The translations under genes and the position numbers were made by a program. From TPA_inf: Saccharomyces (lineage: Eukaryota), in contig BK006946.2 of NCBI GenBank assembly GCA_000146045.2, positions 480,001-544,000 on the forward strand: DNA of 64,000 nucleotides. The letters are read 5' to 3'. Below are positions 43,696-55,570 of the stretch, piece by piece. The notes under the pieces are model-generated. The model saw only the letters and a list, made by a program, of their open reading frames with translations, was not told the DNA's origin and ran no database searches. Each line of letters starts with the position of its first letter. The stretch's first letter is position 1.

Positions 43696-46600
43696 ATGGG
43701 TACTTACAGAAAAAGGTTTAATGAAAAAGCCAGATCCGGCCATATGGCCAAATTAAAAGAACTGAAAAGAATTAGGAATAAGCAGTTCACTAGACAGGAT
43801 GAAAACGATGAAAGAGTAGAAAACCCAGATTCAGCTCCCGCTGAGAGTTCTACTACGGAGCCAAATGCCAATGCGGAAATTCTTGAACCTCTCACTGAAG
43901 AAGAAAAGAAAATGAAGAAAAGAAAACTACAGGAGTTATTTACCCCAAAGGAATCGAAAGTTTCGAGATTGAAGAAGAAAAGACTGGATAAATTTATTGA
44001 ACATCAATTAAAAAGAGAGGAAAGAAAGACAATTATTGGTAAACTTCAAGATTATAAGATAGATACAAGTTTGTTGACAAGCTCTAAAAGGTTAGGAGAG
44101 GGCAGGCAGACTAAAAAGGAAGAATTCAAAGAAGCACTGAGTTTAGAACGTCAAGGAAGAGGAAATGAACAAACAAATGAAATATTATACGAAGAATATG
44201 AACCAAAAGTTTGGGATGAGTATGGTGAAGGAGGGAGCTCTGAGGATGATGACGGCGAAGATGATTTCGAGGCTTCATTTGGTAGTATGCCGAAACCAAC
44301 GGACAATGAGGAGAAGAAATCATCAGGTTTTATTGATCATAGACCAGCAAAATTTGGTGGATCTGGTCTTAGCTTTGGGTTTAGCAATATAAAAGTCATA
44401 AACAAAGAAAGCAAAACTCCGAAGAAGAAATATAATTGGAGACAACGAGTAGAAATGGAAGAATTGAAGAAGCATGGGAAAGAAGATGAAATGGATTTCG
44501 ACACGACATCTGAAGATGATGACGAAGAGGAGGATCAGGAAGAAGAAGACAAAATGCATCCTAGTGAAAACCCACTCGAAGAAGTTGAAAGCGCAGATAG
44601 TGAAACTGGCTCAGAAAAATTTGACCAAAATGATGTTGCTAACGAATTCAAGGATTGGGCCAATCAAGAAATAAAAAAATTGGAAGGTAGAGATCAAGAG
44701 CTAGTTACTCCCACTTTGAACATCGATTATAAACCGATAATTAGAAAGGAAGATTTAGATGATGGTCTCCAAGAAGCTTATGTTCCAATAAACGAGAATT
44801 CCACCCGTAAAGCCTTCTATGTTGAAGTTAGCAGATCAGATGAAATTCAGAAAGCAAGAATTCAACTACCAGTATTTGGTGAAGAACACAAAATTATGGA
44901 GGCTATTCACCATAATGATGTAGTGATTATTTGTGGTGAAACGGGGTCAGGTAAGACTACACAAGTCCCACAATTTTTATATGAGGCTGGGTTTGGTGCC
45001 GAAGATTCTCCAGATTACCCAGGAATGGTGGGTATCACTCAACCAAGAAGAGTGGCCGCTGTGTCCATGGCTGAACGTGTAGCTAATGAATTGGGGGACC
45101 ATGGTCATAAAGTAGGATACCAAATTAGGTTTGACTCTACCGCAAAGGAGGACACAAAGGTCAAGTTTATGACAGATGGTGTCTTGCTACGAGAAATGAT
45201 GCACGATTTCAAGTTGACTAAATATTCCTCCATTATCATAGATGAAGCACATGAAAGAAACATTAACACTGATATTTTGATCGGTATGCTTAGCCGTTGT
45301 GTTCGGTTAAGAGCTAAACTACATAAGGAGAACCCGATCGAGCACAAGAAGCTAAAACTCATCATCATGTCAGCTACATTAAGGGTATCAGATTTCAGCG
45401 AAAACAAAACATTGTTCCCCATAGCGCCCCCTGTCTTACAGGTTGATGCAAGGCAGTTTCCAGTCTCTATTCACTTTAATCGTAGAACTGCATTCAACTA
45501 TACAGACGAGGCTTTCAGAAAGACTTGCAAAATTCACCAGAAACTTCCTCCTGGCGCTATATTGGTGTTTTTAACCGGTCAGCAGGAAATTACACACATG
45601 GTAAAAAGGCTAAGAAAGGAATTTCCTTTTAAGAAAAACTCCAAGTACAACAAAGATTTAGAAACACCCGTTTCTAAAATGGGTATCAATTCAAAAACAA
45701 CAGATTTGGAGGCTGAGGATATAGACTTCAGTGTACAAGTTATCGATCAAGATAAGTTCAAGAGCGCGATAAGATACGAAGAAGATGAAGGTAACAGTGG
45801 AAACGGTGAAGATGAGGAAGACGAAGAGGAAGAAGGGTTTGAAGAAGTCCTAACTGAAGGGCAAACAGCTAACGATCCTTTATATGTCCTTCCACTGTAT
45901 TCTCTATTACCAACCAAGGAACAAATGAGAGTCTTTCAAAAACCTCCTCAAGGTTCTAGGCTTTGTATTGTTGCAACAAATGTTGCAGAAACATCGTTAA
46001 CTATACCTGGAGTTAGATATGTTGTTGATTCCGGGAGGTCTAAAGAGCGTAAATATAATGAATCAAATGGCGTACAGAGTTTTGAAGTGGGCTGGGTAAG
46101 TAAAGCTAGTGCCAATCAAAGAAGCGGTAGAGCAGGTCGTACTGGACCAGGCCATTGTTACCGTTTATATTCGTCTGCTGTTTTTGAACATGATTTCGAA
46201 CAGTTCTCTAAACCTGAAATCTTAAGAATGCCAGTGGAGAGCATCGTGTTACAAATGAAGAGCATGGCCATTCATAATATCATTAATTTTCCATTTCCAA
46301 CTCCTCCAGATAGAGTTGCCCTTTCCAAGGCAATACAATTACTGCAATATTTAGGTGCTCTTGATAATAAGGAGATGATTACTGAAGATGGTAAAAAAAT
46401 GAGCCTGTTCCCACTTTCACCCAGATTTTCCAAAATGTTACTTGTTTCTGACGAAAAAGCCTGCCTTCCTTATATTGTAGCAATTGTTAGTGCCCTTTCG
46501 GTGGGAGATCCTTTTATCAATGAATTTGAGTTGGGAATAAACGAAATTTCTAGAAAACCAAATCCAGATGAAAATCTAGATGATAAGATTAGAGAGCACG

Positions 46601-47499
46601 ATGAATCAACACCAGGTATGGATCCTGAACTGAAAAAGGAATTGCGCAGTAAATTCTATAAAAGCAGGAGTCAGTTTAGTAAATTAGACAAATTTAGTGA
46701 CGTATTCCGTTTATTAAGTGTTGTAAGTGCAATGGACTACGTTCCAAAGGAACAAAAAGAAATATTCATGAAGAAAAATTTTTTAAGAGGCAAACTAATG
46801 GAAGAAATAGTAAAATTGAGGAAGCAGTTAATGTATATCATCAAGTCCAACACTTCAAAAGAAAATATTGCCGTAGTAATTAGGAATGAAGACTTGAAAA
46901 GTGATATTCCAAGCGTCATACAAATAAAACTTTTAAAACAAATGATTTGCGCTGGTTTTGTCGACCATGTTGCCGTAAGAGCAGATGTTTTATTTCCAGA
47001 TGATGCTAAGATAACCAACAGAACTTCCATAATCAACATTCCTTATATTCCTGTTTTGGCCACGAGAACACCAAATATCGAGGACTGCTTTGTCTATATC
47101 CATCCGACTTCAATTTTAAATAATTTGGGGGAAATGCCACCCAAATACATGCTCTATTATTCCTTGCACCTTGGTGGAAATAATAAAACAAGGATGAATA
47201 CTTTATGTGACATCGCAAGCACCCCCTTAGCGAACATAGCAAGAAAGGGACTTCTTTTGACATACAGTAAACCTCTGACTGGTCAAGGCTTGAAGACCGT
47301 TAATTTATCACCTACGGAACGGTATTGTTATGTGGTTCCTAGATTTGGATCCACAGTTGACAACGATCTCAAGATTGGTTGGGATTTAAATCCTATAGCA
47401 GTGCATCAGAAGAAGCAAAAAGGCCAGTGGACAGTCATTAAGTTTATCACCAGAAAGGGCTTCCAGACCATCACAGGTGAAGAGAAAGAAAAAAAATAA
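43696..47499 (+). CDS. ECM16: DEAH-box RNA helicase of the SSU processome, 1267 aa
   Basis: Motifs I GETGSGKTTQ, II DEAH (IIIDEAHER), SAT (MSATL) and VI QRSGRAGRTGPGHCYRLY. It has a long acidic/K-rich N-terminal extension and HA2/OB C-terminal domains. Confidence 0.9.
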   Translation: MGTYRKRFNEKARSGHMAKLKELKRIRNKQFTRQDENDERVENPDSAPAESSTTEPNANAEILEPLTEEEKKMKKRKLQELFTPKESKVSRLKKKRLDKFIEHQLKREERKTIIGKLQDYKIDTSLLTSSKRLGEGRQTKKEEFKEALSLERQGRGNEQTNEILYEEYEPKVWDEYGEGGSSEDDDGEDDFEASFGSMPKPTDNEEKKSSGFIDHRPAKFGGSGLSFGFSNIKVINKESKTPKKKYNWRQRVEMEELKKHGKEDEMDFDTTSEDDDEEEDQEEEDKMHPSENPLEEVESADSETGSEKFDQNDVANEFKDWANQEIKKLEGRDQELVTPTLNIDYKPIIRKEDLDDGLQEAYVPINENSTRKAFYVEVSRSDEIQKARIQLPVFGEEHKIMEAIHHNDVVIICGETGSGKTTQVPQFLYEAGFGAEDSPDYPGMVGITQPRRVAAVSMAERVANELGDHGHKVGYQIRFDSTAKEDTKVKFMTDGVLLREMMHDFKLTKYSSIIIDEAHERNINTDILIGMLSRCVRLRAKLHKENPIEHKKLKLIIMSATLRVSDFSENKTLFPIAPPVLQVDARQFPVSIHFNRRTAFNYTDEAFRKTCKIHQKLPPGAILVFLTGQQEITHMVKRLRKEFPFKKNSKYNKDLETPVSKMGINSKTTDLEAEDIDFSVQVIDQDKFKSAIRYEEDEGNSGNGEDEEDEEEEGFEEVLTEGQTANDPLYVLPLYSLLPTKEQMRVFQKPPQGSRLCIVATNVAETSLTIPGVRYVVDSGRSKERKYNESNGVQSFEVGWVSKASANQRSGRAGRTGPGHCYRLYSSAVFEHDFEQFSKPEILRMPVESIVLQMKSMAIHNIINFPFPTPPDRVALSKAIQLLQYLGALDNKEMITEDGKKMSLFPLSPRFSKMLLVSDEKACLPYIVAIVSALSVGDPFINEFELGINEISRKPNPDENLDDKIREHDESTPGMDPELKKELRSKFYKSRSQFSKLDKFSDVFRLLSVVSAMDYVPKEQKEIFMKKNFLRGKLMEEIVKLRKQLMYIIKSNTSKENIAVVIRNEDLKSDIPSVIQIKLLKQMICAGFVDHVAVRADVLFPDDAKITNRTSIINIPYIPVLATRTPNIEDCFVYIHPTSILNNLGEMPPKYMLYYSLHLGGNNKTRMNTLCDIASTPLANIARKGLLLTYSKPLTGQGLKTVNLSPTERYCYVVPRFGSTVDNDLKIGWDLNPIAVHQKKQKGQWTVIKFITRKGFQTITGEEKEKK

Positions 47500-47803
47500 T
47501 GCGCTGGTATTATAGAAATAGAGTTTCATTATATAAGAACATATAGGAAGAATACATTATTCCTATCTAGGGCATCAAATAATTGCAACCACTTAATGTT
47601 AACTTCCTTCATAATTCAAAACATTATGTTCTATAGCACTATGTATTTTATGTCATTATATACGTAGTCAATAACTTTATACGTTTTTTTTATTGAACAA
47701 AAGTAAGAATTGCTTAAGACATAATAAGAGGAAACTCATCGAACCAATTCAAAACGGATTATAGATTTATCATACCAGATACGTTTATCAGGAGGCTTGT
47801 ATA

Positions 47804-50800
47804 ATGGAGCACAGATATAACGTGTTTAATGATACTCCACGAGGGAACCATTGGATGGGCAGTTCTGTGTCAGGATCACCACGTCCATCTTATAGCAGTC
47901 GTCCTAATGTAAACACAACACGACGCTTCCAATATAGTGACGATGAGCCCGCTGAGAAAATCCGACCTTTACGCTCGAGGAGCTTTAAAAGTACTGAAAG
48001 TAACATAAGCGATGAAAAATCAAGGATATCTGAACGTGACAGCAAAGACCGCTACATTAATGGTGATAAAAAGGTAGACATTTATTCACTGCCTCTAATA
48101 TCAACCGATGTTTTAGAAATTTCCAAACAAAGGACATTTGCGGTGATATTGTTTTTAATAATTCAATGTTATAAAATATATGACCTGGTAATACTTAAAT
48201 CGGGGTTACCGCTTTCGGGTTTACTGTTTAAGAACTATCGATTTAATTTCATATCCAAGTATTTCATTATAGATTCCTTCTTCCTGTATGTTTTACCATC
48301 CTTTAACATTCCTAGGTTGACTTTTAAGCCATGGGTTGTTTATCTCCAGATTTTAGCTATGCTACTATTGAACATTTTCATATCAAGCGATCACGAGTTC
48401 GTTTTGATTTCATTAATTATGACCACATGGAGAAAACTTTATACGAAAGAATTAAGTGTAACAGGTTCAGCCATTAACCATCATCGTATTTTTGATTCTT
48501 CCGCTCATTTTAAGGGTGCTCTAACAATCAAGATCCTACCTGAAAACACAGCTATGTTTAATCCTCTTCATGAATCATATTGTTTGCCCATGGATACCAA
48601 TCTTTTTAAAATTAACTCAATTGACGTACCCATCAGAATAAACTCAACTGAAGAGATTGAATATATCGAGTTGGAATATAGAGATCTTTACACAAATTCG
48701 GTAGAGTTACGGTCTTTGAGTAAGAAAGACTTCAAAATCATCGATAACCCCAAATCCTTTTTAAAAAAAGATCAGTCAGTTCTAAAGTCACATTCAAACG
48801 ATTTTGAAGAAGGCAGTACAATTCGTTATTTGGCTGTAACTCTTCAAGATATTGGCTTTTATCAAATCAAAAAAATTGTTGATTCAAAAAAACTGAATTT
48901 AAAGATCCATCAGTCACACTTGGTTGTACCCTACTGTCCAATTGCATCTATTACTGGAACTGGAAGCAATGATAGATGTATTGGCGATTCAGATAATGTT
49001 TCTTTTGAAATTCAAGGTGTGCCCCCAATGAAATTAGCATACTCTAAGATCGTTAATGGTCAAACTTTTTCATATGTAGACTCCAGCTTGCAACCAGAAT
49101 ATTTTGAGTCTCCTTTGCAGTCAAGCAAATCCAAACAAAGTTTTACTCAAGGAGAACTAAACGATTTGAAATGGGGAAGAAACCAACCTGTTAATATTAA
49201 TTTAGACTCTTCCATTACCCAGGACGGCAAATTTGCATATAAAATTGATAAAATAACTGATGGTCTGGGAAATGTCGTGGATTTTACATCTCTCCCTGAA
49301 GAATTAAAAAAGCGCTATGATCTATCTTATAATTTCAATGTTCATGAGGTTCCACGTGCAGCGCTAGAAGAAAGATTTGATCCAAAGTCACCCACAAAAA
49401 GGTCTATTGCCATCGTGTTTGAAGAAATCAAAAACTGGATTTCAGACATTCCATATGTTATTAGCCTATCCTATACTGATGCACAAGACAAGTCGAAAAA
49501 GATAATGAATGTTACTACAGATTCTTTGACCAAAGTGTTGCAAGCGGATCTTCCGGGGTCATATAACTTAGAATATATTGAATCTAAGTTTTGTCCAGGT
49601 GAAATTGTGGGTAAATCAAACGTTCTTGTAACTATGCCAGTTGCACCTACTATGGAAGTTAAATCATTTCCAATATTGGACCAGTGTGTGGGACAGGTTG
49701 GTCTAAACTTTGAACTATCTTTTACTGGGGCTCCACCATACTATTATAACACTAAAATCTATAAGCTTGAAAACGGTGAAAGAAAGTTATATGATGCAAA
49801 GAGATACACCTCTGAAGGTACGAGAAATCGCTTCAGCTATAGTCCACCTAAAGAAGGTAACTATGAAATCGTGTTTGATACTGTTTCTAATAAATTATTC
49901 ACTGAACCAATCAAATTGGAACCTGTAAAAGAATATACTTTCAAGACATCAATGAGGGTGAAACCAAGCGCATCACTAAAATTACACCATGATTTGAAAC
50001 TCTGTTTGGGTGACCACAGCAGTGTCCCAGTAGCACTAAAAGGCCAAGGCCCTTTTACGTTAACATATGATATCATTGAAACTTTTTCTAGCAAGAGGAA
50101 AACTTTTGAAATTAAAGAAATAAAAACCAACGAATATGTCATTAAAACACCAGTCTTTACTACTGGTGGTGATTATATTCTATCTTTGGTTTCTATCAAG
50201 GATTCTACCGGCTGTGTAGTTGGACTCAGCCAACCAGATGCTAAAATACAGGTGAGGAGAGATATTCCATCTGCTGCATTCAATTTTTTTGAACCTATCA
50301 AAGAAGCTAAAATTAAGCACGGTTCTGTCACTGAAATTCCGCTCAAATTAAGTGGAGAGGGGCCATTCACCGTTAAGTTTAAACACATGGATTACGATGG
50401 AAACATTGTGAAAGAATTTGAAAACAAATTTCAGAATAGTTATAAGCCCGCTTTGAAAGTAAGTAAAGAAGGGCTTTACCAATTGGTCGATATTCGTGAC
50501 TCAAGTTGCCAAGGTAATGTGATTTACCGGAACAGTCTGTATAAGGTATCTTTCTTGGAGAAGCCAAAATTTGCAATTCAAGACAATCATCACATTACAA
50601 AAGTAACGGAAAATTTATTCTCTAAAGAAGAAGTCTGTCAAGGGATGGAAGGTACGGTTGATTTGGCTCTATTTGGTTCTCCACCATTCATATTAGAATA
50701 TGATTTGATGGCACCCAACGGTCATATTTCTACAAAAAAAATTCAGGTGGCAACCAAATACGCTTCACTGAAACTGCCTAATCAAATTCCTGGAGAGTAC

Positions 50801-51817
50801 ATAACTACTATTAAGGCCATCTTCGATGGCAATTATGGTGAAAGCGACATACATTTTAGAGAACATCAGTCGGAGCTCATAATCAAACAGACAGTGCACC
50901 CCATTCCAGACGTCGCCTTTGCTGATGGTGGTAAAACCTTGCGTGCATGTGCTGCTAATGTAGATCAAATCTCATTTTTGGAACCAATAAATTTGAAATT
51001 TTTACAAGGCGAAAGCCCATTTTCAATCACCTTTAGCGTTTATCACGAGAGTACCAGTAGGACAGATCAGTATACCATTGACAACATTGACTCAGAGAAC
51101 TTTTCATTTGAAAAGTTATATGAAGGGATGAAGTTAGGTAACCATGCCATTACTATTGATTCTGTTGTTGACGCAAATGGTTGTGTTAACAGCCTCATAT
51201 CTGGACCGCGTAATCAAATTCTTGTGTCAATTACTGATGCACCAAAGATACATATATTAGATCCTTCTACCGAGTATTGTGTTGGGGACTATGTTGCATA
51301 TCAATTAAACGGTGTGGCACCTTTCATGATTAAGTATGAATTCAACGGTATTCCACTAAAATCTAAGGAACGCAGCTCCCAATTTGTTAGATTAGCATCT
51401 GAACCGGGCATTATATCTATCACTTCTTTACAGGATTCATCATCACAATGCATTGTCGACTTTACGAACCCTAAATTAAAGAGTGAATTTGATGACTTAT
51501 CTTTAAACATACATCCTATTCCTTCCGTAACTGTTTCTCAAGGAAATTACGTTACTGAGGATATCCGCGAAGGTGACCAGGCTGAAGTAATCTTTTCGTT
51601 TGAAGGTACCCCACCATTCTCACTAACTTATGTAAGGACAGAAGAGACTGATGGAAAACACGGCAAAAGGAGGTCGCAGGTTGTTGAGACGCATAAAGTC
51701 ACTGATATATATTCTCATGAATACAAGGTAATTACAAGCTTGCAAGGTACCTACGAGGCGATTGAAATTACAGATGCTTATTGTTTTGCCAAAAATGATC
51801 TTTTTTTCAATAACTAA
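47804..51817 (+). CDS. POM152: Nuclear pore membrane glycoprotein, 1337 aa
   Basis: N-terminal transmembrane region, then about 8 tandem lumenal repeats, each with a G-x-P/G-P-F/Y-x-hydrophobic-x-Y/F core: GVPPMKLAYS, GAPPYYYNTK, GQGPFTLTYD, GEGPFTVKFK, GSPPFILEYD, GESPFSITFS, GVAPFMIKYE, GTPPFSLTYV. Confidence 0.9.
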   Translation: MEHRYNVFNDTPRGNHWMGSSVSGSPRPSYSSRPNVNTTRRFQYSDDEPAEKIRPLRSRSFKSTESNISDEKSRISERDSKDRYINGDKKVDIYSLPLISTDVLEISKQRTFAVILFLIIQCYKIYDLVILKSGLPLSGLLFKNYRFNFISKYFIIDSFFLYVLPSFNIPRLTFKPWVVYLQILAMLLLNIFISSDHEFVLISLIMTTWRKLYTKELSVTGSAINHHRIFDSSAHFKGALTIKILPENTAMFNPLHESYCLPMDTNLFKINSIDVPIRINSTEEIEYIELEYRDLYTNSVELRSLSKKDFKIIDNPKSFLKKDQSVLKSHSNDFEEGSTIRYLAVTLQDIGFYQIKKIVDSKKLNLKIHQSHLVVPYCPIASITGTGSNDRCIGDSDNVSFEIQGVPPMKLAYSKIVNGQTFSYVDSSLQPEYFESPLQSSKSKQSFTQGELNDLKWGRNQPVNINLDSSITQDGKFAYKIDKITDGLGNVVDFTSLPEELKKRYDLSYNFNVHEVPRAALEERFDPKSPTKRSIAIVFEEIKNWISDIPYVISLSYTDAQDKSKKIMNVTTDSLTKVLQADLPGSYNLEYIESKFCPGEIVGKSNVLVTMPVAPTMEVKSFPILDQCVGQVGLNFELSFTGAPPYYYNTKIYKLENGERKLYDAKRYTSEGTRNRFSYSPPKEGNYEIVFDTVSNKLFTEPIKLEPVKEYTFKTSMRVKPSASLKLHHDLKLCLGDHSSVPVALKGQGPFTLTYDIIETFSSKRKTFEIKEIKTNEYVIKTPVFTTGGDYILSLVSIKDSTGCVVGLSQPDAKIQVRRDIPSAAFNFFEPIKEAKIKHGSVTEIPLKLSGEGPFTVKFKHMDYDGNIVKEFENKFQNSYKPALKVSKEGLYQLVDIRDSSCQGNVIYRNSLYKVSFLEKPKFAIQDNHHITKVTENLFSKEEVCQGMEGTVDLALFGSPPFILEYDLMAPNGHISTKKIQVATKYASLKLPNQIPGEYITTIKAIFDGNYGESDIHFREHQSELIIKQTVHPIPDVAFADGGKTLRACAANVDQISFLEPINLKFLQGESPFSITFSVYHESTSRTDQYTIDNIDSENFSFEKLYEGMKLGNHAITIDSVVDANGCVNSLISGPRNQILVSITDAPKIHILDPSTEYCVGDYVAYQLNGVAPFMIKYEFNGIPLKSKERSSQFVRLASEPGIISITSLQDSSSQCIVDFTNPKLKSEFDDLSLNIHPIPSVTVSQGNYVTEDIREGDQAEVIFSFEGTPPFSLTYVRTEETDGKHGKRRSQVVETHKVTDIYSHEYKVITSLQGTYEAIEITDAYCFAKNDLFFNN

Positions 51818-52118
51818 ATATTACAAGAAAGTCTGATGAAATTTTTCTTTCCCGCAATATTTTTGTACAATTGTAATGTATAATATATCTCTGTACATCA
51901 GTATTAAAATACTTAAGAAAGCGAAAAAGACGCCTGTATTGTTTGTTGTTCTTTTTCTTCAAAATTATCAAGACGCTCGATTCAATTATCTTCGCTCATA
52001 GTAACTCGAAAGAGTGTAGGTGAATGAATAGAAAAAGAGAGCGCTGAGACCTTTGTCCTTTACGGTCTATAGAGGTGTGTTAAAAGCAGACTTTTGAACA
52101 TCCACAGAAATTGGCTCA

Positions 52119-53027
52119 ATGACCTATCCGAAAAGAATACCTATAAATGCGTGGTCTGAAGTTCATAGGGTGGCAAGGCCACTAATTATTACTTTCGACG
52201 CATATAATACACTATACGCCACAAAACTTCCCGTCATGGAACAATACTGCATTGTTGGGCGTAAATATGGTATCAAGGCGAATCCTTCGACTTTAACAAA
52301 CAATTTTCCACACGTTTTTAAAAAACTGAAGGAAGACTATCCCCAATACGGAAAATATTCTGGTATCAAGCCCGAACAATGGTGGTCCATCTTGATTAGG
52401 AACGTCTTCGCACCAAACGAAATTCCCGATGAGATGATAAATGAAATATTAATGCGGTTTGAGGGCTTCGATTCGTATTTTGTTTATCCAGATTTGATCA
52501 AATTTTTAAAGGATTTGAAGTCAAGACATCCTGATGTTATCTTAGGAATAGTAAGCAATACTGATCCAATTTTTTACAAATTATTAAAGAATATCGGATT
52601 ATTTGAGACATTTTCCGGTCACATTTATTTATCATATGAGCTTAATCTCGCCAAACCTGATAGAGCAATATTTCAATATGCGCTTGACGATATTATATCT
52701 AAACAACCTCATTTACTCGAAAAGTACACCAGGGAGGAAATTCTACAGCATTGCTTTCACATCGGAGATGAATTAAAGAACGATCTCGAAGGGGCAGAAG
52801 CTGCCGGTTGGACTGGTATACTGTTAGATAGAAATGATAAATACGGGTTTCTTTCAAACTCGATTAGTAAACCAATGCGGGACGAATACAAGCTGTCAAT
52901 TGATAAAATAGATAATAATTCAATAAACACTTGGGAAGCCAATACTAAGCAAACTGACACGTTACAGTTGAGTGAAAGAAAGTACGTTGTTTCGAATCTT
53001 GAGGTTTTAGAGGAACTCTTTCCCTGA
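52119..53027 (+). CDS. YMR130W: HAD-superfamily hydrolase-like protein, 302 aa
   Basis: Motif I FDAYNTL (the DxYxT/D variant) and motif III/IV region HIGDELKNDLEGAEAAGW. Length and position match YMR130W. Confidence 0.8.
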   Translation: MTYPKRIPINAWSEVHRVARPLIITFDAYNTLYATKLPVMEQYCIVGRKYGIKANPSTLTNNFPHVFKKLKEDYPQYGKYSGIKPEQWWSILIRNVFAPNEIPDEMINEILMRFEGFDSYFVYPDLIKFLKDLKSRHPDVILGIVSNTDPIFYKLLKNIGLFETFSGHIYLSYELNLAKPDRAIFQYALDDIISKQPHLLEKYTREEILQHCFHIGDELKNDLEGAEAAGWTGILLDRNDKYGFLSNSISKPMRDEYKLSIDKIDNNSINTWEANTKQTDTLQLSERKYVVSNLEVLEELFP

Positions 53028-53162
53028 GCGCCTAACGTTACAGTAACAAATATGTATGATAGATATTATTCATATCCGCCAGTAATATTTACTATATCTT
53101 TGAATGGGTTTGTTTATTAATAATCTACTATGTGTAAATATATGATCCAAGTATTATACAGT

Positions 53163-54698
53163 TTAGACACTGATTGTTTTCCAGACGTTCAAACCGTCAG
53201 TACCGGTACTTACTAAACAACCTGGGATTTGCTTATGCCATTTGACATCTTTAACTTCCTTTTGCCAGTGAACAAACAATAATTGTGGTGGAATTTCTTG
53301 TAGCTCTTTTGTTTCGGCGGCCTGTTGTTTAATTTCCTCATCGTCAGCTTCTACAGACAAATCCCACAAAGTCACAGTATTATCTTCTGAGCCTACCGCA
53401 ACGATAGACTCATCTAATGGGTTGAATGCAATGGAAGTAATGGCTCCCTTATGGAAGTCATATTGAGCAACCGGTTGGACGGCGTCAGCATTACTTGGCG
53501 TAAACTGTCTTAAATCCCATACTCCCCATGTACCGTTATCGTCACCGCTTGCTAGCAAGTAACCAATTTTATCACTCCAACTTATGACATTTACGTCAGT
53601 ATTAGAAGCTTTAACAGAGATAGCAGGTTTATGTTTTTTTGATCTTGTGTCCCAAATCCTTATATATCCATCACATCCTGCGGTTGCAAAAACGGTGGAT
53701 TCAGTGCGAGACCACTGGATATCTTCTATGGATTTATTGTTTGAAACAGTAAATGGTTGTTTATCAGTCACCCATCTCGATGTGTGCCTTTGGGTAAAAT
53801 ATATTTGTCCTGAGCAATCACCTGATAGTAACGCACCAGTCTTGATCAATGGTGACCAATCCAACCCGTAGCCTTCAACATTCCCATGATTTTTTACAGT
53901 GTGAATAGGACGCTTAGCAGACTTCGGAATCTGATAACCTGGTGTGGAAAAAGCTTTGCTTTGTGGAGCTAGATTGTATATATAAACATCACCATTTTCG
54001 CTCATTGTAGCGGTTAACACCTCTTGATTAGAAATGGCAAAAGGAGAAACCTTTAATCTATTGGTTGTATCTCTCAATGGTATATTTTCATTCTCAATGA
54101 CTGGATCCACATCATCTTCATCATCCTCTTCATCATCTTCACCTTCATTATCGTCTTTCAAAAGTGTTTTCGCTAAATTAGAAAGTGCTAGAACCATTAG
54201 TTCATTCTCCTTTTTCCTGGAAGATTGAGTAGCCGTGGTCAACAAAATAGACTGTGGATAGTTTCTACGTTCAGAACCTAGTGTATCTGGAATGACATCT
54301 AATGTCAAGCATGGCCATGGCATATTGACATTATGTAGCATTTCATAAACAGTGGGATCAGCCTCAAGGACTTCATCTGGCCCTAATGGACGAGACATAT
54401 GGGGTAAGTAAAGCTCCTGGATCTTTTCTTTGTTGCCTTCGGATTGGTCCTTTTGTACTAAAGTTTCAGCTTCTTCTTGCTTTTTCCTAAGGTCATCTTC
54501 GTCATTAATCTCATCATCGCCATCAATTTCAATAATTTCACCATCACTATCAAATTCATCACTCAATTGTTCTTCTAGGTCATTCTTGGGAGCATCTTGC
54601 TCTTCAGAGGCGGGAATAGCAGGAACAGAGTGAGATTCTGTTTTAGCAGAGACCACTCTATCTTGTTCCTCGTTGACCTCGATAGACCTTTTCGACAT
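53163..54698 (-). CDS. RRB1: WD40 ribosome-biogenesis chaperone (escort of Rpl3), 511 aa
   Basis: Acidic N-terminus ([23 protein letters not shown]), an internal acidic stretch and C-terminal WD repeats (WSP..., [15 protein letters not shown]). Confidence 0.85.
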
Positions 54699-54943
54699 TA
54701 TGGTGCTATTTCCGTGTATATGAAAACGGAGAGTAGGTGATATAACTATTTACCTACAAATTCAAACAACTACAATCCCTATAAGAAATGATCATCTCAT
54801 CGCTAAATTCAGTTGGATTTTATTTTCTGTATTTTTCGCTGAAAGGAAAAAAATTTTCACGGCTCGAACGAAAAAAGAAACGTGATCACGATGTAAGTAC
54901 AAATGGTACTCTATTTTGAAGCGTCTACGTTATGTAGATGATA

Positions 54944-55570
54944 TCATACTTCCAGTTGCATATCGTCAGTAACCTCATCTTTAGACTGTTTGTTCTTCTT
55001 CTTTTGGTTTTTTTTCGCTACTTTCCTTAGCTTTTCTTCTTCAATAAGATTTGATCTATTCGACTCAATATAGTTTACAAAAAAATCACCATTTTTGGTC
55101 TTCTTTGCTTCGTTAAGTGTAGCTTCCACATTATTAAATAGTTCTACCCTTGTCTTGGCCAGTCTGTTTAGTATTTTGTTATCTCGTGCTCCGCATTCCA
55201 TTTTTCTACATTGTCTTAGAGACTTAAATGATACTTCACCGGGATTCATATACCTGTTTTTTCTCAAGTTATGCCATGGTGTTATCAAGATGGTGCATTG
55301 TGGCATTTTGTTTCCTTGAATGGATTCTGATTTACATAGCTGCAGACAGTCACATATCACTTCTTGCGGTATGTCATCGATTGTTTTTTCATTTGGGCGT
55401 AACTTTAAATAAACATGACCACTTGAGTACTTATCCGCGTGAAACCAAACATAGTTTAACTCCCTATAGCTCCATTTGATAAGTAGATCGTTTTCAAACT
55501 TATCTTTGCCCATCACAATTTGGTAAGGTGTTGAATACTCAGTTGGTTTTGATTCATAGAAATACACCAT
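54944..55570 (-). CDS. JLP2: Jlp2 (DUF814/NFACT-R-like), 208 aa
   Basis: Begins MVYFYESKPTEYSTPYQIVMGKDKFEND with a K-rich C-terminus. The track ORF has 8 extra upstream codons. Confidence 0.75.
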   Translation of the reverse strand: MVYFYESKPTEYSTPYQIVMGKDKFENDLLIKWSYRELNYVWFHADKYSSGHVYLKLRPNEKTIDDIPQEVICDCLQLCKSESIQGNKMPQCTILITPWHNLRKNRYMNPGEVSFKSLRQCRKMECGARDNKILNRLAKTRVELFNNVEATLNEAKKTKNGDFFVNYIESNRSNLIEEEKLRKVAKKNQKKKNKQSKDEVTDDMQLEV

